The translations under genes and the position numbers were made by a program. The notes under the pieces were generated by a model. The model saw nothing but the letters and a program-made list of their open reading frames with translations. It made no database searches and was not told where the DNA came from. This document shows positions 24,086-38,327 of a stretch of DNA of 64,000 bases, in pieces (position 1 is the first letter of the stretch; the number at the start of each line of letters is the position of its first letter). Source of the DNA: Paraphysomonas bandaiensis (taxonomy: Eukaryota; Protista; Chrysophyceae); NCBI GenBank assembly GCA_965644295.1, contig CBFFRP010000014.1:1-64000 (forward strand), given 5' to 3'.

Positions 24086-27000
24086 CTACAGTGCTCGCAG
24101 GTAGTGTGGACAAGAGGAAGCCGTAAGCAAGAGAGCCTCCAACACATCAAACCACTTGTTCCGATCGCCAGTGGTGGAGAATTCAATCGTGATTTCATCA
24201 TCGGAATGGCCGTCAACGGTGCTCACATACAGGCTACGCTCCTCGCTGGCAGCTGCTTTTTTGCCTGGCATCACTCATCAGTCATTGACGCTACTATGCA
24301 GTTCCCAAAACAAAGGAGATAGTCATCTATTACCTCCAACAAGTGTCTTCTTGTAGTGACCGGGACCATATCCTTTAGAAACGGATTTCAGATTGCGTAA
24401 TGGAACTTTTCGTCCCGGCTTGCTGACTTTATTAGATGTGTCCTTCAGGATAATGTACTCACAATCTGTTGTCAAAAACATGTGCTTGGAACTCGGCGTG
24501 CCCTTTACGAAATCGGTGAGCATCTGTCCTGCACGCAATAAAGTACGATGTTGGGAAGTGAGGGGGTCAGGCATCGAGGTGTCATATTTGGAAGTCTTGA
24601 CCTAAGTTAGCGTCACAAACACATACACTCAATACTTGAGTACATTAGGAAGCGCACCTCTTCCTTCTTCATGGCAGCCTCCACATCAACCACATCATTA
24701 AGACGAGCAAACAAAGTCCCTTTGTTGGTCTTTGTTCCCTCTCTCCCCTTGGCTCGTGCGCGAGCACTCATGCTTAACAAGGCGGAGTTAATTGCCTCAT
24801 GTATCTCATTGTGGCTCTCAGGATACATCTTCTGAACTTTCTCAATGGCAGCTTTGCCACCTGCTCACTTGTATTAATACAATTGAGGTCAACCAACAAC
24901 ACATCACACCTTTCTCGATAACTATATTCGCGTATTCTACATCTGCAGACACCACGTTATCCAGCGTCTTTATGGCGGATATCATCAACTCCTCATCATC
25001 TCCGAATACTTGCATGGTATCCAATATGATTCGTACTCCGCCATACTGGACAATGTTCTTCAGATTGCTTTTAATAAACGCCAGCTGTCCCAGTAAAGAA
25101 AATATTCTCGCAACAACTGCAGTGTTCTCAATGAATGTAGTCACCAACTCCATAAGTTTATGGCAGCCGCGTTCAGCAATAGTCTGAAAATACCGACATT
25201 ACTTAATTTTGGTATACTCAGAATAGTAACCTGTGAGAGCGCGTCTGATGTGCTCAGGACAGACATAATTGAAATACAAAGCGTGACTATTGCTTCGTTC
25301 TCAGAATACATAGCCAAAACTGTAAAGACCGTGTTGACACCCCCATTATTGTCCAAAAGCTCTCTGTTCTCCTTGACGGAAAAGGCATTCAACAGAATCT
25401 ATTAACAGAAGATGGAACTCACTTAGGTTACTATATACTCTCCACAACTCACCTGCAAGACACTTGCGACCTGCTCTTCGTTGGAAATATTCGCTTCCAT
25501 AATTTGGAGGAGAAGTACCAGCCTATCTCCACTCTCGCCGCACACTTCCACCTGGCCCACCCCGAAGCTTGTGATCACAATCAACATCTGGAATACTGAG
25601 GCAGTCAGAGAGACGTCGTCGTCAAAACGCGAGAGGGCACTGAATGAACAATCAATAATTCCTGTGCGCACGATATATGGCGCAGATTCTGCATCCACTG
25701 CATTATATATAGCATCAACGCCGGTGCTGATGATTTCCGGTTTGTCGTCGTGCTGCTTGACTACTGAGACCATGAAGTCAACAGCTCCTTCATGAATAAG
25801 TATCTCGATGGGAGTCATGTATTCTTCACTCTCATTTTCTTCCGGCTATTAACTATGAATTACAACGTATATAATAGAAATCAGTCTAAATTTACCTCTA
25901 GACTCGCAAGGTTCGAGAACAGTTCTAACCCAAGCTTCAATATAAGTGGAGTCTTCACATGTGTCATAAGTACAGAAACCACACATTTTGCGACACCTTT
26001 ATGAATCATCACATTCACGCAATTATCGTCCAGTGAAAACGCCCCTAAAAGGCGTAACACTCTGTTGAGGAAGAGTGTTTCCATGGAGAACGTCTGCAAA
26101 ATACCGAGAAGGCTCACAACGCACATCGAGCATATGGTGTGGTTTAAAAACGCGTCCTCGTGTACGATTACGCTCCCCACAAGGTTGAGAATGGTGTAAA
26201 ACAGAATGACGGGATTGGACTTTGTTGACGCTACGATTTGATCGGATTGTGAACTATGCTTTCGGACCTTTGCCGCTGTTGCCTTTGTGAGTTTCTCAAG
26301 CTCTTCAGATGTCACATTACTCAGATGCTTGTCTGTAGCAAGAACGACAATGTCATGCAAGCCATATTGAAGGCATACAGTGGCTGTTGCTGGGGACGAC
26401 TTTGCAAGAGTAGACAGCGTGCTGAATCCCTTGATCAGAACCGATATATGATGGGCGTGTGCACGGCATGTTTCACATAAAACACGGATGTATTCCTCTC
26501 CTGTTTAAGTTGTATGTATAATATGAACAGCATATGATAGATAGCCTTTATGCCATACCTGTAAGGAAAGCTTGAAACCGTTCAATGGAACACAGTGCCT
26601 CAGTCATCTCAAGGGCCCTCTCCAGAGTACTAATATCCACAGATGACGAAGAAAACTGAAACTAGGGATACATGGTAAAACAACTGGCAACTAAGCACAT
26701 TTTTCTGTACCTGTAGAGATGATATTAATGATTGACAATACTCTGAACTGAGGCTCTGCAATATAGTCTGCGAACTCTTCACCGACTACAACCATAAAAA
26801 CATGAATTGTCAAAATATCTAAAAAACTGAAAGAGAGGGGCAGCATTGAAACACAACACACTACACCAAACACAAGTCATAACGTTTCGCACCAGTGCGT
26901 ATATAAATTTCATAAGCTGACTGATGATTAAATTATCAGAAGCATGACTGTGAAGAAGACCATATATAACATCAATGACTTCCTGACTGACTGAAACATC

Positions 27001-30000
27001 CGTCAAATTATTCTCAAGTCTAAATAAAATTCATTAAAAAAAATCAAAATAAGCTATCTCGAAGAACTACCTGTCAACAAGGACAACAATATCCTCCAAT
27101 TCCACCCGGAGGGCTTTGTATTCCATAGGCTCCTCCCACTGAGTGTTGCCATCGGCAGCGTTGTAATAGTAGGGTTGGCTATCTTCGGTAAAAACCTATA
27201 TAACACAACTGTTACAAAACCATTTACAATACTTCACTGTCCACCTGCATCCAAAGACCGTTCGCAGCGACAATAGGTATAAGAGCTGCTAAGTGCCCCT
27301 CTAGTTGAGACTCCGGTCCAATGGCAAACGCGTTGGTAAGGTCATCGCTTATAGACTGGGCCACGTTTTGGAGATATTCATTGCTTGCATACCGCAGCAT
27401 CAGATCCTTCATCAAACGAATAGTGTCCTTTGGCAAGCGTAGCTCAGCAATACCAATAGAGTCCGCAAAAACTCGAAGCAGATAGACAGCATTCTGAGCA
27501 AATCCCTCGTCTTCTTGCCCCGGCCCTTTCAGAGCTGAAAGTATCTGTTTGACTACCCCATACTCCACTAAGGTCTGCATTGTTCCCTCCAGCTCGTGTG
27601 AGGCGACCTTTGTGATTATGGTAGATGCAAACACAGATGTACTGCTGTCACAAAGCGCATCTTGTGTGAACTGGAGCAGTTCAATCGAAGATACAATGGC
27701 AAATGACCCCTCTGGAGTGTTGGCTAAACAGTCCAGCAGCTCAAGAGGACAATGCGGTAGTAGCTTCGTAGTCGCGGCAACTATGGCATTAATATGTGAG
27801 GAGCCGTTGAAAGAAGTGACCTCGCCTGCATTGATAGCCTGACAGAGCATTTCACATATGGTGCTGCTAATAGTAGCTGTGATGTGTGCAGATCGCGGGG
27901 TGCTCCGAGTAGGCGTGTAGAGCTCGGCCAACACACTAAGTAAATAAGGATATCCGAAGGAAGCTTCTAAAATTAGCAACTCCAGTGTGTTCTTCCAGTA
28001 CATTGGACCAGGAGTCTGTGCATTCTGACTGCAGAGAATATCACACAATTCACCGACACCATTATTCTCAAGCGATGATAGAAGAGAAAGGTTCTGGAGT
28101 AACTTCTGGATAAGCGAGTCCACAGTGGAGTTTTGCTCAGCCGTAAAGACGGCAGCAGTCACTGTACTCGTGGATTTGCCAATACTTCCACGTCTACTGT
28201 TAGTGGAAGAAAGCAACGCCGCACCAGGCGTCAGCTGTTGCAGCACATTCAGTAGCCCCATTTGTAGAGAATACGGGCCACCGTTAGAAGTGTTTTCGAC
28301 AAGACCGCGAACAATTCTTAGAATCGCTACCTTGGTGTCGGGCTGAATCTGATAGGCATCACAGTCACGTAACATCGCCATTGCGAACTCAAGGGTGCGG
28401 TGTATGGCGTCCTCGGAGGGAACGAACCATTCTAAAGAGAGTAACTTACCCACACAAGTTACACAGGTATGTAGTGCCTCATCTCGCTCTGATTGTACTC
28501 CCTCCACAGGAAGCATCAACGCCGCACAGGCGCTGAGGAGTGTGTTCAAGAGGTTCTCTGCAACCTCTAAAGTCAATGCATTTTCAAATAGCATCAAGTT
28601 TCCAATGAGCTGTACGTATTGTGACAATTGCGGAATGACGTCGGGCGAATAGCCAGCGACCAATGCAACCACCTGAATTCGCGAAAAATTTACAAAGTCA
28701 TGCTGCAGAATAAGCTCCACTTAATTACCTGTTCAATGAAAGATGACAAGCTTGAGAGCGCACCCTCCATGCCCAATGCACCAACTGCGGAGGCAAGTTT
28801 TTTCTGCAGGGGCATGTCAGTTGGATGATAGTTCATCGTGCGAAGAAGATAATCCTGCGTCCCCAATCCCTGGAGATAGTTGCACGTAGACTCATTCTTC
28901 CCGGCGAGAATACACATCATGTCAGCAAGTGCGTGAGTTGGACGAGAGAACTTCAAATACGTATCATCATGAGAAGGCATAAGATGGTCAATCTTCGATA
29001 TCTCTCCTCCATCAATTAGGAGACTGCAATAGTCATCCGAGTGATTCCCTTGTAAAAGCGAGACTACAACATCGATTGTACTTGCCAGCAGGTCAGGGTA
29101 GAGTCCTTGCTTTGAACCACTGAAACTTCTAGAAAGCCCACAAAGTGCCTCGATCACTTCTGACAGTGCGCGAAGGATGGCATGATTGACTCCATCTCCA
29201 GATACCATCTTCGATAGAGATAATAGAACCGCTACTGCAGACCGAATGGATGCCACGTTGTCACCTCCAATCTCAGCACTCATCAGGGACTCTGAGATGT
29301 GATCGCACACCAAGCTGGTAGCATTGCTTTCCACGATGGCATGCAGGCCGGTTGGGTCCAAAGCCAGTGCGGCCAGACAATTAAATGCAGCTGCCAGTAC
29401 ATCAGTCGGGTAGTTTCCTGAGTGACAAACTTCTAAGGCGGCAGCAGTCGCCCCCCCACGAGCGAGAGCCTCCAGCACAGAAGGATGAAGAAGTGAAAGT
29501 GTGCGGATAGTATTGAACACTGAGGCAGTGGGATTATTTTGAGCAGCCTGTACCAGAAGAGGGACTGTAGCAATCGTTGCATTGATATCTGCATTACCAA
29601 GCGCCGCCCTTCCGAGTGCTTCTATACAGAAATTAACAAACTCGTCTCTGGCTCTCGATATAAGAACACTCTCACAAACATTGCTGTTAGTTGAAGGCGA
29701 GAACCCCACCAAGCAGTTTTGAATTATGGTCACTCCTCCAATTTCTTCAACTTGCTTCACGATATCTTCTCCACAAAGCATCAGCAGACCCAATCGCTGT
29801 ATATCCAGAGACGCCTTTTCAACAATTTCTACAGACGAATCCTTTAAAGAAAAGAATTTAGAGTCACCCACTTTCTTCATCAACTTATTTAAAGTATCTG
29901 TAACATCGGACTTCTGTAGAACTATCTTGATTGTACTTAGACAGAGCTGTTGAACATCTTCTGAAGAACGGAAGCACTCTAACGCATCAAAAAGACACGC

Positions 30001-32612
30001 AACACACCCCTGCCGTCGAAGTATTTCACATCCCTCTGGTATGGTCGCTAGGCGGTGTAGCACAGATACCAAAGACATCACGCATTCCGCCGTGGGGATA
30101 TCATCAACAAGGTTTTCTTTGACACAATGGATAACCATCTTGCTCGCGTTATGGTGGCATATAGCCAATGCGATGTCGTCATCTGCCATACTCAAGTTGA
30201 GGAATATGCTAACTACCGCCTCCAAGATGCTGCGCTCCGTGGCATTAACCCGCACTATCGCACTGACTGCTGACAGCACATCGCAATCGACGGAGATTTG
30301 TTTATTCTCCTGCAGAGCCGTGATTGCAGATAACAGGCGCAATGCACTGATGACAACAGGGGTTACTTTCGAGTGACGTTGCAGCGCCAAAACACAGGCT
30401 TCGATGGTCGAACGCACGTTTATATGTGCTAGTACATCACCATACGCAATCATTTCCTCCAGTGCAGCACACAGTGTGCGCAACGCCTCGGCATGGTTCT
30501 TATCGCTTACAGACACATTCGCCATTGTACTCAGGAGAATAATAATTGGTGCTATACCTCCAGACGTGGCAATTCGGCCCAAGTTATCGGGAACCATGGA
30601 AAGAGCACCTATAGTCATAGCGATATTAGGAATTTTTTGCATTATCTCTGGAGTGAAATCGCTAGTAGGAATCGCGGCGTACTCTGACAACTGAGCTACC
30701 ACCAAGGAAATGAGTTCATCATTACTCAATTGGATAATTAGTTCCGCCGCTACTTTGCGAATATCCTCCTGCCTAATGTTATTACTAATTGCAGACATAA
30801 TAATATCCAGTCCCATTCCATCATGGGCGGAGAGTACGCGACTCATGGCGCCATTGCTAAGAAGCAGAGTAGAGAGCAAGTACAGCGACTCCTTCAAAAC
30901 GGGCAGATTGTCACTGAAACTGCGAATGATGCCAATCACATACTCCACGAGGTCCCTTCCGATAAATGCCTGTTACAAATACTTATTTACTTCAACTACT
31001 TCTACTCCTTTCAATAGACATTACCTGAAGCATATCATCATTTGTGGCTAGATCAGAGAATATCTTCAGTGCTGCCAGGTGAAGTTTTTCATGATGTGGA
31101 TGAGCATTAATTGCGCCTAACATTGAGTCTATATCTGTGGCCTGCATGTACTGTTCCAGCACCCCTCCGTGTCCACACAGAGACTCTAGGAAATTCATAG
31201 CACTCCAACATAGCGGAAGGTTATCAGGGTCCGTAGAGAGTACACTGAGGGTAGGCTGGATAGCGTTGGCTGTGCACACTAACAGCACGTTGTCAGGGAC
31301 AGTTGTGATACGAGTTAGGGCTTGCAGAGCGTTGGACTTTATTTCCAGGGACGATTTATGAGTGGAGGGATCTATCGTGGACACCTGGGTTGGTTGAGTA
31401 ATGGCCCCAACAAGGGCAGTGATTGCACCATCGTTGACAAGCTCGCGAATGCTCTGGGTATTACTCGACGCAATCCGGAGAAGAGTACGGGTGGAAGTCT
31501 CGAGCTGGCGTGCAGACATCTTGGCCTCGCAACTTTGCACAAGAACCTTTACACCACCACTACGCACAATGTCTACACATAGCAATATCGCGGACAGTTA
31601 GTGATGTGATTCACCAACTATGCAAAATGAAGTACCTGTGGATGACGATGAATCCATAGAAAGGGATGACAGCAGTCCTAGCATGTGCTCTTGCATCTCC
31701 ATCGACAGTGAGCTCTGATTCTTTAAACTTGTGATTACATTATCAATAGAATCGCTCCCGCATAGAGTGGAAAGTAACTTAGAGCAGATTTTGCAGAGCT
31801 GGGCATCTTGGCAATGTTCAATGATAGCCAAGCACAACTCCATTCCTCCTGCTGTTTTAATCACATCAATGTAACTCTTATCCTTGGAGCACAGACGGGA
31901 GAAAAGCATGCAGCCCGCTTGAAGTGCCGCCAACTCGGGAGCTTCCGCGTGAAGGGGATTCTGCACAAGACTTTTCATCGTCTCTATCGTAGGCCCGATA
32001 CCACCGCCCTGGACGAAATCATCAACACCTTTCTGAACTTTGGTCAATTTCGTCAGTGCTTTCAAACAGCCGATTTTCACATCCGTTTTCTGGCTGCTTC
32101 CAACATTTAATAGGCTAATCAGCGATGCGACAGCGTTACGCGACACAAGGGTTTGAAGGGCCTTGCTGTGATTGCAGAGAGTGTCGAGAATGGACAAGGC
32201 CACAGTCAAGACATCATCAGAAATGTCTGGGTTTGCTTCCAGTGACGCCAATATAGCTTCAACACATCCTTCTTCAGCAATTACCTCCGCATTTGCAGTG
32301 TCAGCAGCAAGCTTATGCAAGCAATCGCAGCACACAAGTAGCACATCCTCCTTGCCTGGGTGACGCTTGAGCACATCGACGACTACCTTACCAGCACCAC
32401 AAGAATGAGCGACCACTAAGTTCTTCTTATAGTCTCTGTTGATGGGGTCGATAACCTGCATGGATCACCATTAGCGAATAAGAGCATCTCAAGTTATGGA
32501 TGAGGCGGGGATTCACCTTACTCAGACACTCGATCGAGTAGCACGCAAGCTGTCGGAATTTCTGGTGCTCTTTCACCGCTGCGATCAACGCGGGCACCTC
32601 GTTCTTTGACAT
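24086..32612 (-). CDS. Giant armadillo-repeat protein (roughly 2,500 aa, about 15 introns) with internal WW and C-terminal PH domain; GAC-like
   Basis: Chain of minus-strand ARM-like exons joined by short GT-AG introns; WW: LWMQ/VFTEDSQPYYYNAADGNTQWEEP (27090-27255); PH: LLRAGQML...KHMFLTTD...LKSVSKG...EFSTTGDRNKWFDVL. Confidence 0.85.
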
Positions 32613-33162
32613 TGCAACGGGGAAATACGATAGATTCTATAGCGAGCAATGTGTTGGTGCGGATTTGTTGGATTGAAATTCGAGAAGAAAAGTGTGTGTA
32701 GCTAATTGTTGTGCAGGGCGCTGTATTTTAGATAGATTGCAGTGGAATTGTATGTATGTACTGTATGTATGTATGTATATGCTGCACTAGAGACGTACAC
32801 ATAGAGGGTGTATATCCCCGTACAAAGTATATGAGAACATACAGCTGTACGCAGACCCGTGTACATATATACACGTAGCATAGTATCATGGTATGGTGGG
32901 GTGTATTTGTACCATATCTTTGTGATCATTTTTTCTGTGAATACACTGTACTCTGGGAATACTGCAGTAGGCATACAGCAGCAGCAGAGAGCAGTTGAGC
33001 AGGCAGTTTCTTCATTGAGGTGTGCTGTGTGCATGTATACATCTACCAACATCTAGACATGAAGAGATGGGCATGAGAATGCTGTTTGCATCATAGTTTA
33101 CAGTAGAATGAACTATAAAAGTTTCGTTTTACATTCCTAGTATATGAATTGGGCGTAGCGCA

Positions 33163-34667
33163 ATGTACTTCCAGCGCATAAGAGATCGGCCGGCTCCCAT
33201 TCAACCGGTGAGCGAGCCCTACGCCCCTGAGCCCGGTGCACTCATTAAAAAGAGGGTCGCTCCGGATCCACAGGATCAGTTATTGGATTGGGATGGGGAT
33301 GAGACCCCAAATGCAGGAGATGTTCCAATGCATCCCTTTCACACTACTGTAAAACGAGTCGAACACAGAGAGATGTCGTCAGAGAAGAAGCTGCGGCTAG
33401 AGCACTCGCCCTGCATTGAAGAGATGCTCAAAATGAGGGTCCATTTTTTAAAGGAGAAAGTATGTGTGCTGCTTGATTAAATATGTATTTTATAACTCTA
33501 TCCGCTGTGTATGTAGGAAAGAGAGGAACGCAGGGAGATTGAGAAGGAGAAGCGTCGCCAGGAACAACGTGAGCAGATGCAGAAACTGGAGGAAGCTATT
33601 GAGAGTGGTAACCTGGATGACTTGGATCTAGATCTGGGCGAAGAGCCTGATGGTGACGTTCCAGTTCCTCTTGATGAGGACGATGCAGACACGGAGGAGT
33701 TCAAACGAGTTGCGCTCTTTATGAAAGAAAAGAAAATTGTTACCCAGAGGCAGAGTGCGTTGCTGCATCGCCCTCTCAGTGATTGGCGTATATTTCGTAT
33801 ATCATGGAAGGTGTGGTATAACAATGGACGGTCATTCGTACCCTGCGCAGCTGTACTCCCTTGGATGTATGTGGGAAGAGGTTCTCTTGCCAAGGACATA
33901 CATTTCTTGCAGAACATGGGCTTCACGCACATCATGAACTGCTCTAAGGAGGTGGGAAGTAGAAGTGTCTTACTATTTTTAGGTAACGTTGATACGTTCT
34001 ATAGATTCCGAATTTTCACAGCAGCAAGTTCATCTACCAACGGATTCCAATTGATGACAAAAACTCAGAAAATGCTGCCGCGAGGTTCAACAAGGCGATC
34101 GAATTCATCAAGCGCGTTTCTCATGCCAAAGGCAAGGTGCGTCAAGTCGGTTCAAATTCTGTTTGCTTCTCTTGCCATCTGACAAATATTATGGATAGAT
34201 CTACATTCATTGCACGGTCGGTGTATCCCGTGCACCAGTTATGGCGATGGCGTTCTTCATCGCGATCAGAAAAATAGCACTGCTCGACATATATAAATAC
34301 TTCCAAGCCGTGCGCACTGTTATACAACCTAATAAACACTTTTTGTACCAGTTAGCAGAGTTGGAGGTGGGTTGCATTTGACTTAATTATTGGTGTGTAT
34401 TTATTTTCGTGGTTATGGGGCGCGCAGTTAAAGGAGGGTCTCGGGTCGTCTGTGCTCTATCACAAAGACTGGCGCCACTACGAGTACAACAACATAAGGG
34501 GGGATGTGGAAGTTTACAGGCGAACAGAAGGAGTGTACTCGACTGCGAAAAGGATCCACAGTGCTGAGAATGCCAAACTTGATTACGTCGACGACTACGA
34601 GGCCGAGTTAGCAAGACGAGCAATGTGCGAACAAAACTACACTAAGCGTATACATTACACGACGTGA
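33163..34667 (+). CDS. Dual-specificity protein phosphatase with charged N-terminal extension, about 5 exons
   Basis: VLPWMYVG, GFTHIMNCS, IPIDD, catalytic HCTVGVSRA, IQPNKHFLYQL. Confidence 0.92.
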
Positions 34668-35872
34668 TGTTTTGTTCAGTCATTCAACAAATATATTGTT
34701 GTCTATATATTATGTTGTTCTTTATCTAGGTTATATTATTGTGTATGTATTTTTCCTTTTTTATATTTTTGCATACACTGCGATATGTCTTTGTAAGTGT
34801 TACCGTAAGACTCAGTCAACATTCCTTCTATCACAACTCTCCCGGTTGCAATGTACGAGTGCTACATACGCGTTTTATATAATTGCATACCACATGTGTT
34901 TACTATTATTTAATACCACTGACTACATACAGATTTAGTAGAATGAAAGGATACCTGGATAACAATAACGGCAGCACTATAATATATTTTTCCAACTGGT
35001 TATATGATACGGGACGTCTTATGCACGCTTAATTTTCCTCCACAATCTTAATCTCATCCTGAATAGGGTATGTCCCTAAAAGAATGATATCTTGGATAGT
35101 GGCCCAATTGACGATATACTCTATTATACGGATCTTACCATACTTTTGATTCCTCGTACATAATAATAGAAAACAAGAGATTCTATATTATGACCATAAT
35201 AACAAGAACTACTTAAGTAAAGAATTCGAAGAGAATGATATGAATGGATGAGATGAATATTCTTTTACGTTCATAAATCTCAGTCTAGTTAATGACGTAT
35301 ACAATTAAGAATGCTTACAATAATATTATCCTTTCTTTCATCTGCTCCTGGCATTGCAACGCGAGTAGAATAATGTTCGTTCATTGAACAGCAAATAAAA
35401 GATTCACTGAAATATCGGCGTTCTGCTGTTGATCAACAGCAGCCTTTTCTAACTCATACTACAAGTGATTTGATCTAGATGTAGGTGTACTACGACATAT
35501 TATGAAGACTACTACACACACGAGTTGTATGATGGGTCTAGATTTAGGTTAGTCTTGTCCTATTTTTCCGTACACATAGCAATCCTCATCTATTACGCTT
35601 ATAGACTTCTCTTGTGTAGATACGGAACGATCTCTTAAGCTTTATCTGAACAAATTTAAAGTCATTCTCTATAAGCACTCTTCTGTGTTTCCAGCTCTAC
35701 CACACTTCGGATAGAAACACACCAGATTTTGGTCAACGGAATTCATTTCAATCGCCAGAGATGACTATTTGGACTGTTCTTCTGCATAATCACCTCTGCG
35801 ACATATGTTGTAACTATTTCATTAAACGAAGTATTACATTTTGGGTACAAGAAGTTAGCATATATAATATAA

Positions 35873-36017
35873 TGAATGTCTTTTTTTAGCAGTAGTAAGA
35901 AGTGTAAGCAGGGAGCTACTAAATTGAAATAATATAACAAATTCCCAGATATTTTATGCAAGCTATTTAGCTCTACATAAACTATCTGCAAGCATGAAGG
36001 TCCAACCATCCTTAAAA
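35873..36017 (-). mobile_element. 3' part of a degenerate retroelement-like repeat; its 5' part lies at 42287-42690
   Basis: Reverse complement has GGTTGGACCTTCATGCTTGC and ends GCTAAAAAAAGACATTCA, matching copies at 56232-56528 and 58200-58410. Confidence 0.65.
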
Positions 36018-36288
36018 GTCGATATGATGCCCAAACCTGGTAAAAAGGTAAAAACAAGTGGATAGTAGATACTAAAAAAGTAACATCCGTATTGTGAGGG
36101 AGAGCGGGTGTGAAAAAAACTTTTTTTTCTCTCTTCTTCAATCTTCTTTGATCGCGATTACAAAACTTGCTCACCTACATTAAACAGTACCATAAACCCA
36201 CAATTACCATGATAAGCACTGCAAATCAAGGTGATTTCTTCTACAATGTGTTGAAGCAACCTTCTCTCACATGTTTGTCATTCGCAGC

Positions 36289-37973
36289 ATGTCATCAGAC
36301 AGCCAAAACTCTGAAATAGAAGAAGGTCTGTGGGTGCGAGTAAAAATTGTCGCTTTGACTAAATTTCGAGAGGAAGCACAGGCATTCTCTGTAAATCGGT
36401 CCGAGTTAACTTCTTCGACAGACCAATTAACGATTTGGGTGAGAATTACTGCAATTACTGCTAAAGATGTTTTAATATAACATTTTTTTTAGATTCCAGG
36501 AGGTAATCTTTTTGAAGACGATAGTAATATCTGGCGTGTCAAAGGTCATGCATTCTTGCATGCACTCGTTGAGGGCGTAGCGAGGCAAGCGTATAATCAA
36601 AAGTTATTGCCACCACTATCAGACTTCAACGACCAACTCAGGATAGACTTCAGCAGAGGTATTACTGTTCGAACTGCAACAAGTTCTGGTATCATTGGTA
36701 ATTTCCACATGATCCCTCCCGATGGAGAATTGGACATACCGTTACTTCCCACTAGACGCCAGACAGATCACGATAGGAAGTGTTGTCGGGAAAACGCTTC
36801 CCACTATGTGGTGATTGCTGGTGTCCCGTTCCAAAATTGCCCAGACGATGTGATACTACAGAGACAGCTCAGCTTTGTTGATTCTTCCCTTGCGCTTGTT
36901 AAACATAAACAGAATGATCTTCCCCTCTGTAAATACATGCACTCAAAATATTTCAAAGTTGGCCTGAATCATCGTCCAGGAAATGATATGAACACGTACT
37001 GGTCACCGGCAATGAAAGAAGCCATGACCGAGTGCAGTGAAGAGGGTCAAAGACTCTTCGAGCTTAATCCTCCAAAAAGTATGCAAAGTGGTATCCGCAA
37101 GCAGAGAGGATTTGGTCACGGTGGTCAATCAGGTCTTAAGCTTTCAACCGCCAGTGAACATGATGCGGCGGACACATCGAGTCATTTGGAAGCACAAAGG
37201 AATCGCTTGCATATCGAGCGATGTCGTGCCAAAGCTTGGAGCAAGAAAGATTTGATTTCTGATAGCAAATTGAAAGATCTACTCGAGCTTCCCGAGGGCA
37301 AGAAAGTAAAGAGCTACTCGCAGTTAAGAACATACTTATGTGAATACTTTAGTACCCTAGAAGGTGAAGAACGTGCAGCTGAAGACCCGTTGGAGTATGA
37401 CCCGACACTCGATACATGGGTTCTCAAGTTGGATTGGATGGGTCAAGACTTCCCAAAATATAGTGACCTCAAGGGGGGTAATAAGCCAATACCTGCAGCC
37501 CGTGAAAATATCATATTCTCGTCGGTTCGAATAGGACCACACCCGCCACCACCACCGCCCCCTGCTCTACCAGCTCCTCCAGGTGTTCCAGCACAAGGTT
37601 GGCCTATCCCAATTGGTGTTCCCCCTGCTGGAAGTAGTGGCCCTTCTTTTGGTGTCCCTTTTCCCCTTCCACCAGACTGTGGACCATCGCCCTACGGGGT
37701 ATACCCCCTCCTATTTATCCAACTGGGGGTTTTCCTTTTCAGCAGCAGCTTCCTCCGTATTACCCACAGGGATCTGCTCCTCGGCATTATCCGCATCACA
37801 TGCTGTATGGCTACCCGCCAGAATATTACCACGGCCACAGGGATTTTGATTATGCATCGCGTTATCGCCAACAGCGATTTGCCTGGGGAGAAGGAATGCG
37901 AAAGGATGAGAGGGGTGAGTGGATAGCATATGAGGCCGAGTATGAAATTCCTTATCCTGCCGACCCTTACTAA
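36289..37973 (+). CDS. Transposon accessory ORF2, unknown function, ~543 aa, Pro/Tyr-rich C-terminus; intron 36439-36492; 1-bp deficit in C5 run 37704-37708
   Basis: ATG overlaps last TIR base; 54-bp GT-AG intron joins TIW/IPGG in frame with ORF 36556-37926; adding one C gives YPPPIYPTGGFPFQQQ...PADPY*. Confidence 0.8.
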
Positions 37974-38327
37974 ATAGAACAGATTGCAGTCAATCGTTAT
38001 CTGCCGGGTCTCATTTATTATTTATTTCGAATCTTGGTAATTTTTGGATGAATTTAACACATACGCTCCGATGCATCGAAATTTAGGTTTAGACTCACTA
38101 ACCGATTTTCTTTTTTCTTCTTAGTATGCAACTGTATGAACTGATATTTTAAATTCTCCACAAACTTTTCAAAATTTTGTTTTTTTGATTTATTAATATT
38201 ACTTGAATCTATTGCGTATAATTAATCATATTCTATCACGAAGTAGTAGCAAGCATATCACATTCAATCATCAGTACATCTATATTAGTAACTAGTGAGT
38301 AGAGTATAGAGTATAATCTGCAAATGA

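Noticed and set aside
11160-32363. Many short + strand ORFs opposite the TPR and ARM genes
   Set aside because: Antisense shadows of long coding exons with no independent motifs
34950-35870. Degenerate coding sequence left of the nested stack
   Set aside because: Many stops and no identifiable motif
36289-37973. Fanzor/TnpB nuclease as the Tc1-associated second gene
   Set aside because: No recognisable RuvC D-E-D motifs or CxxC...CxxC zinc finger; C-terminus is Pro/Tyr low-complexity
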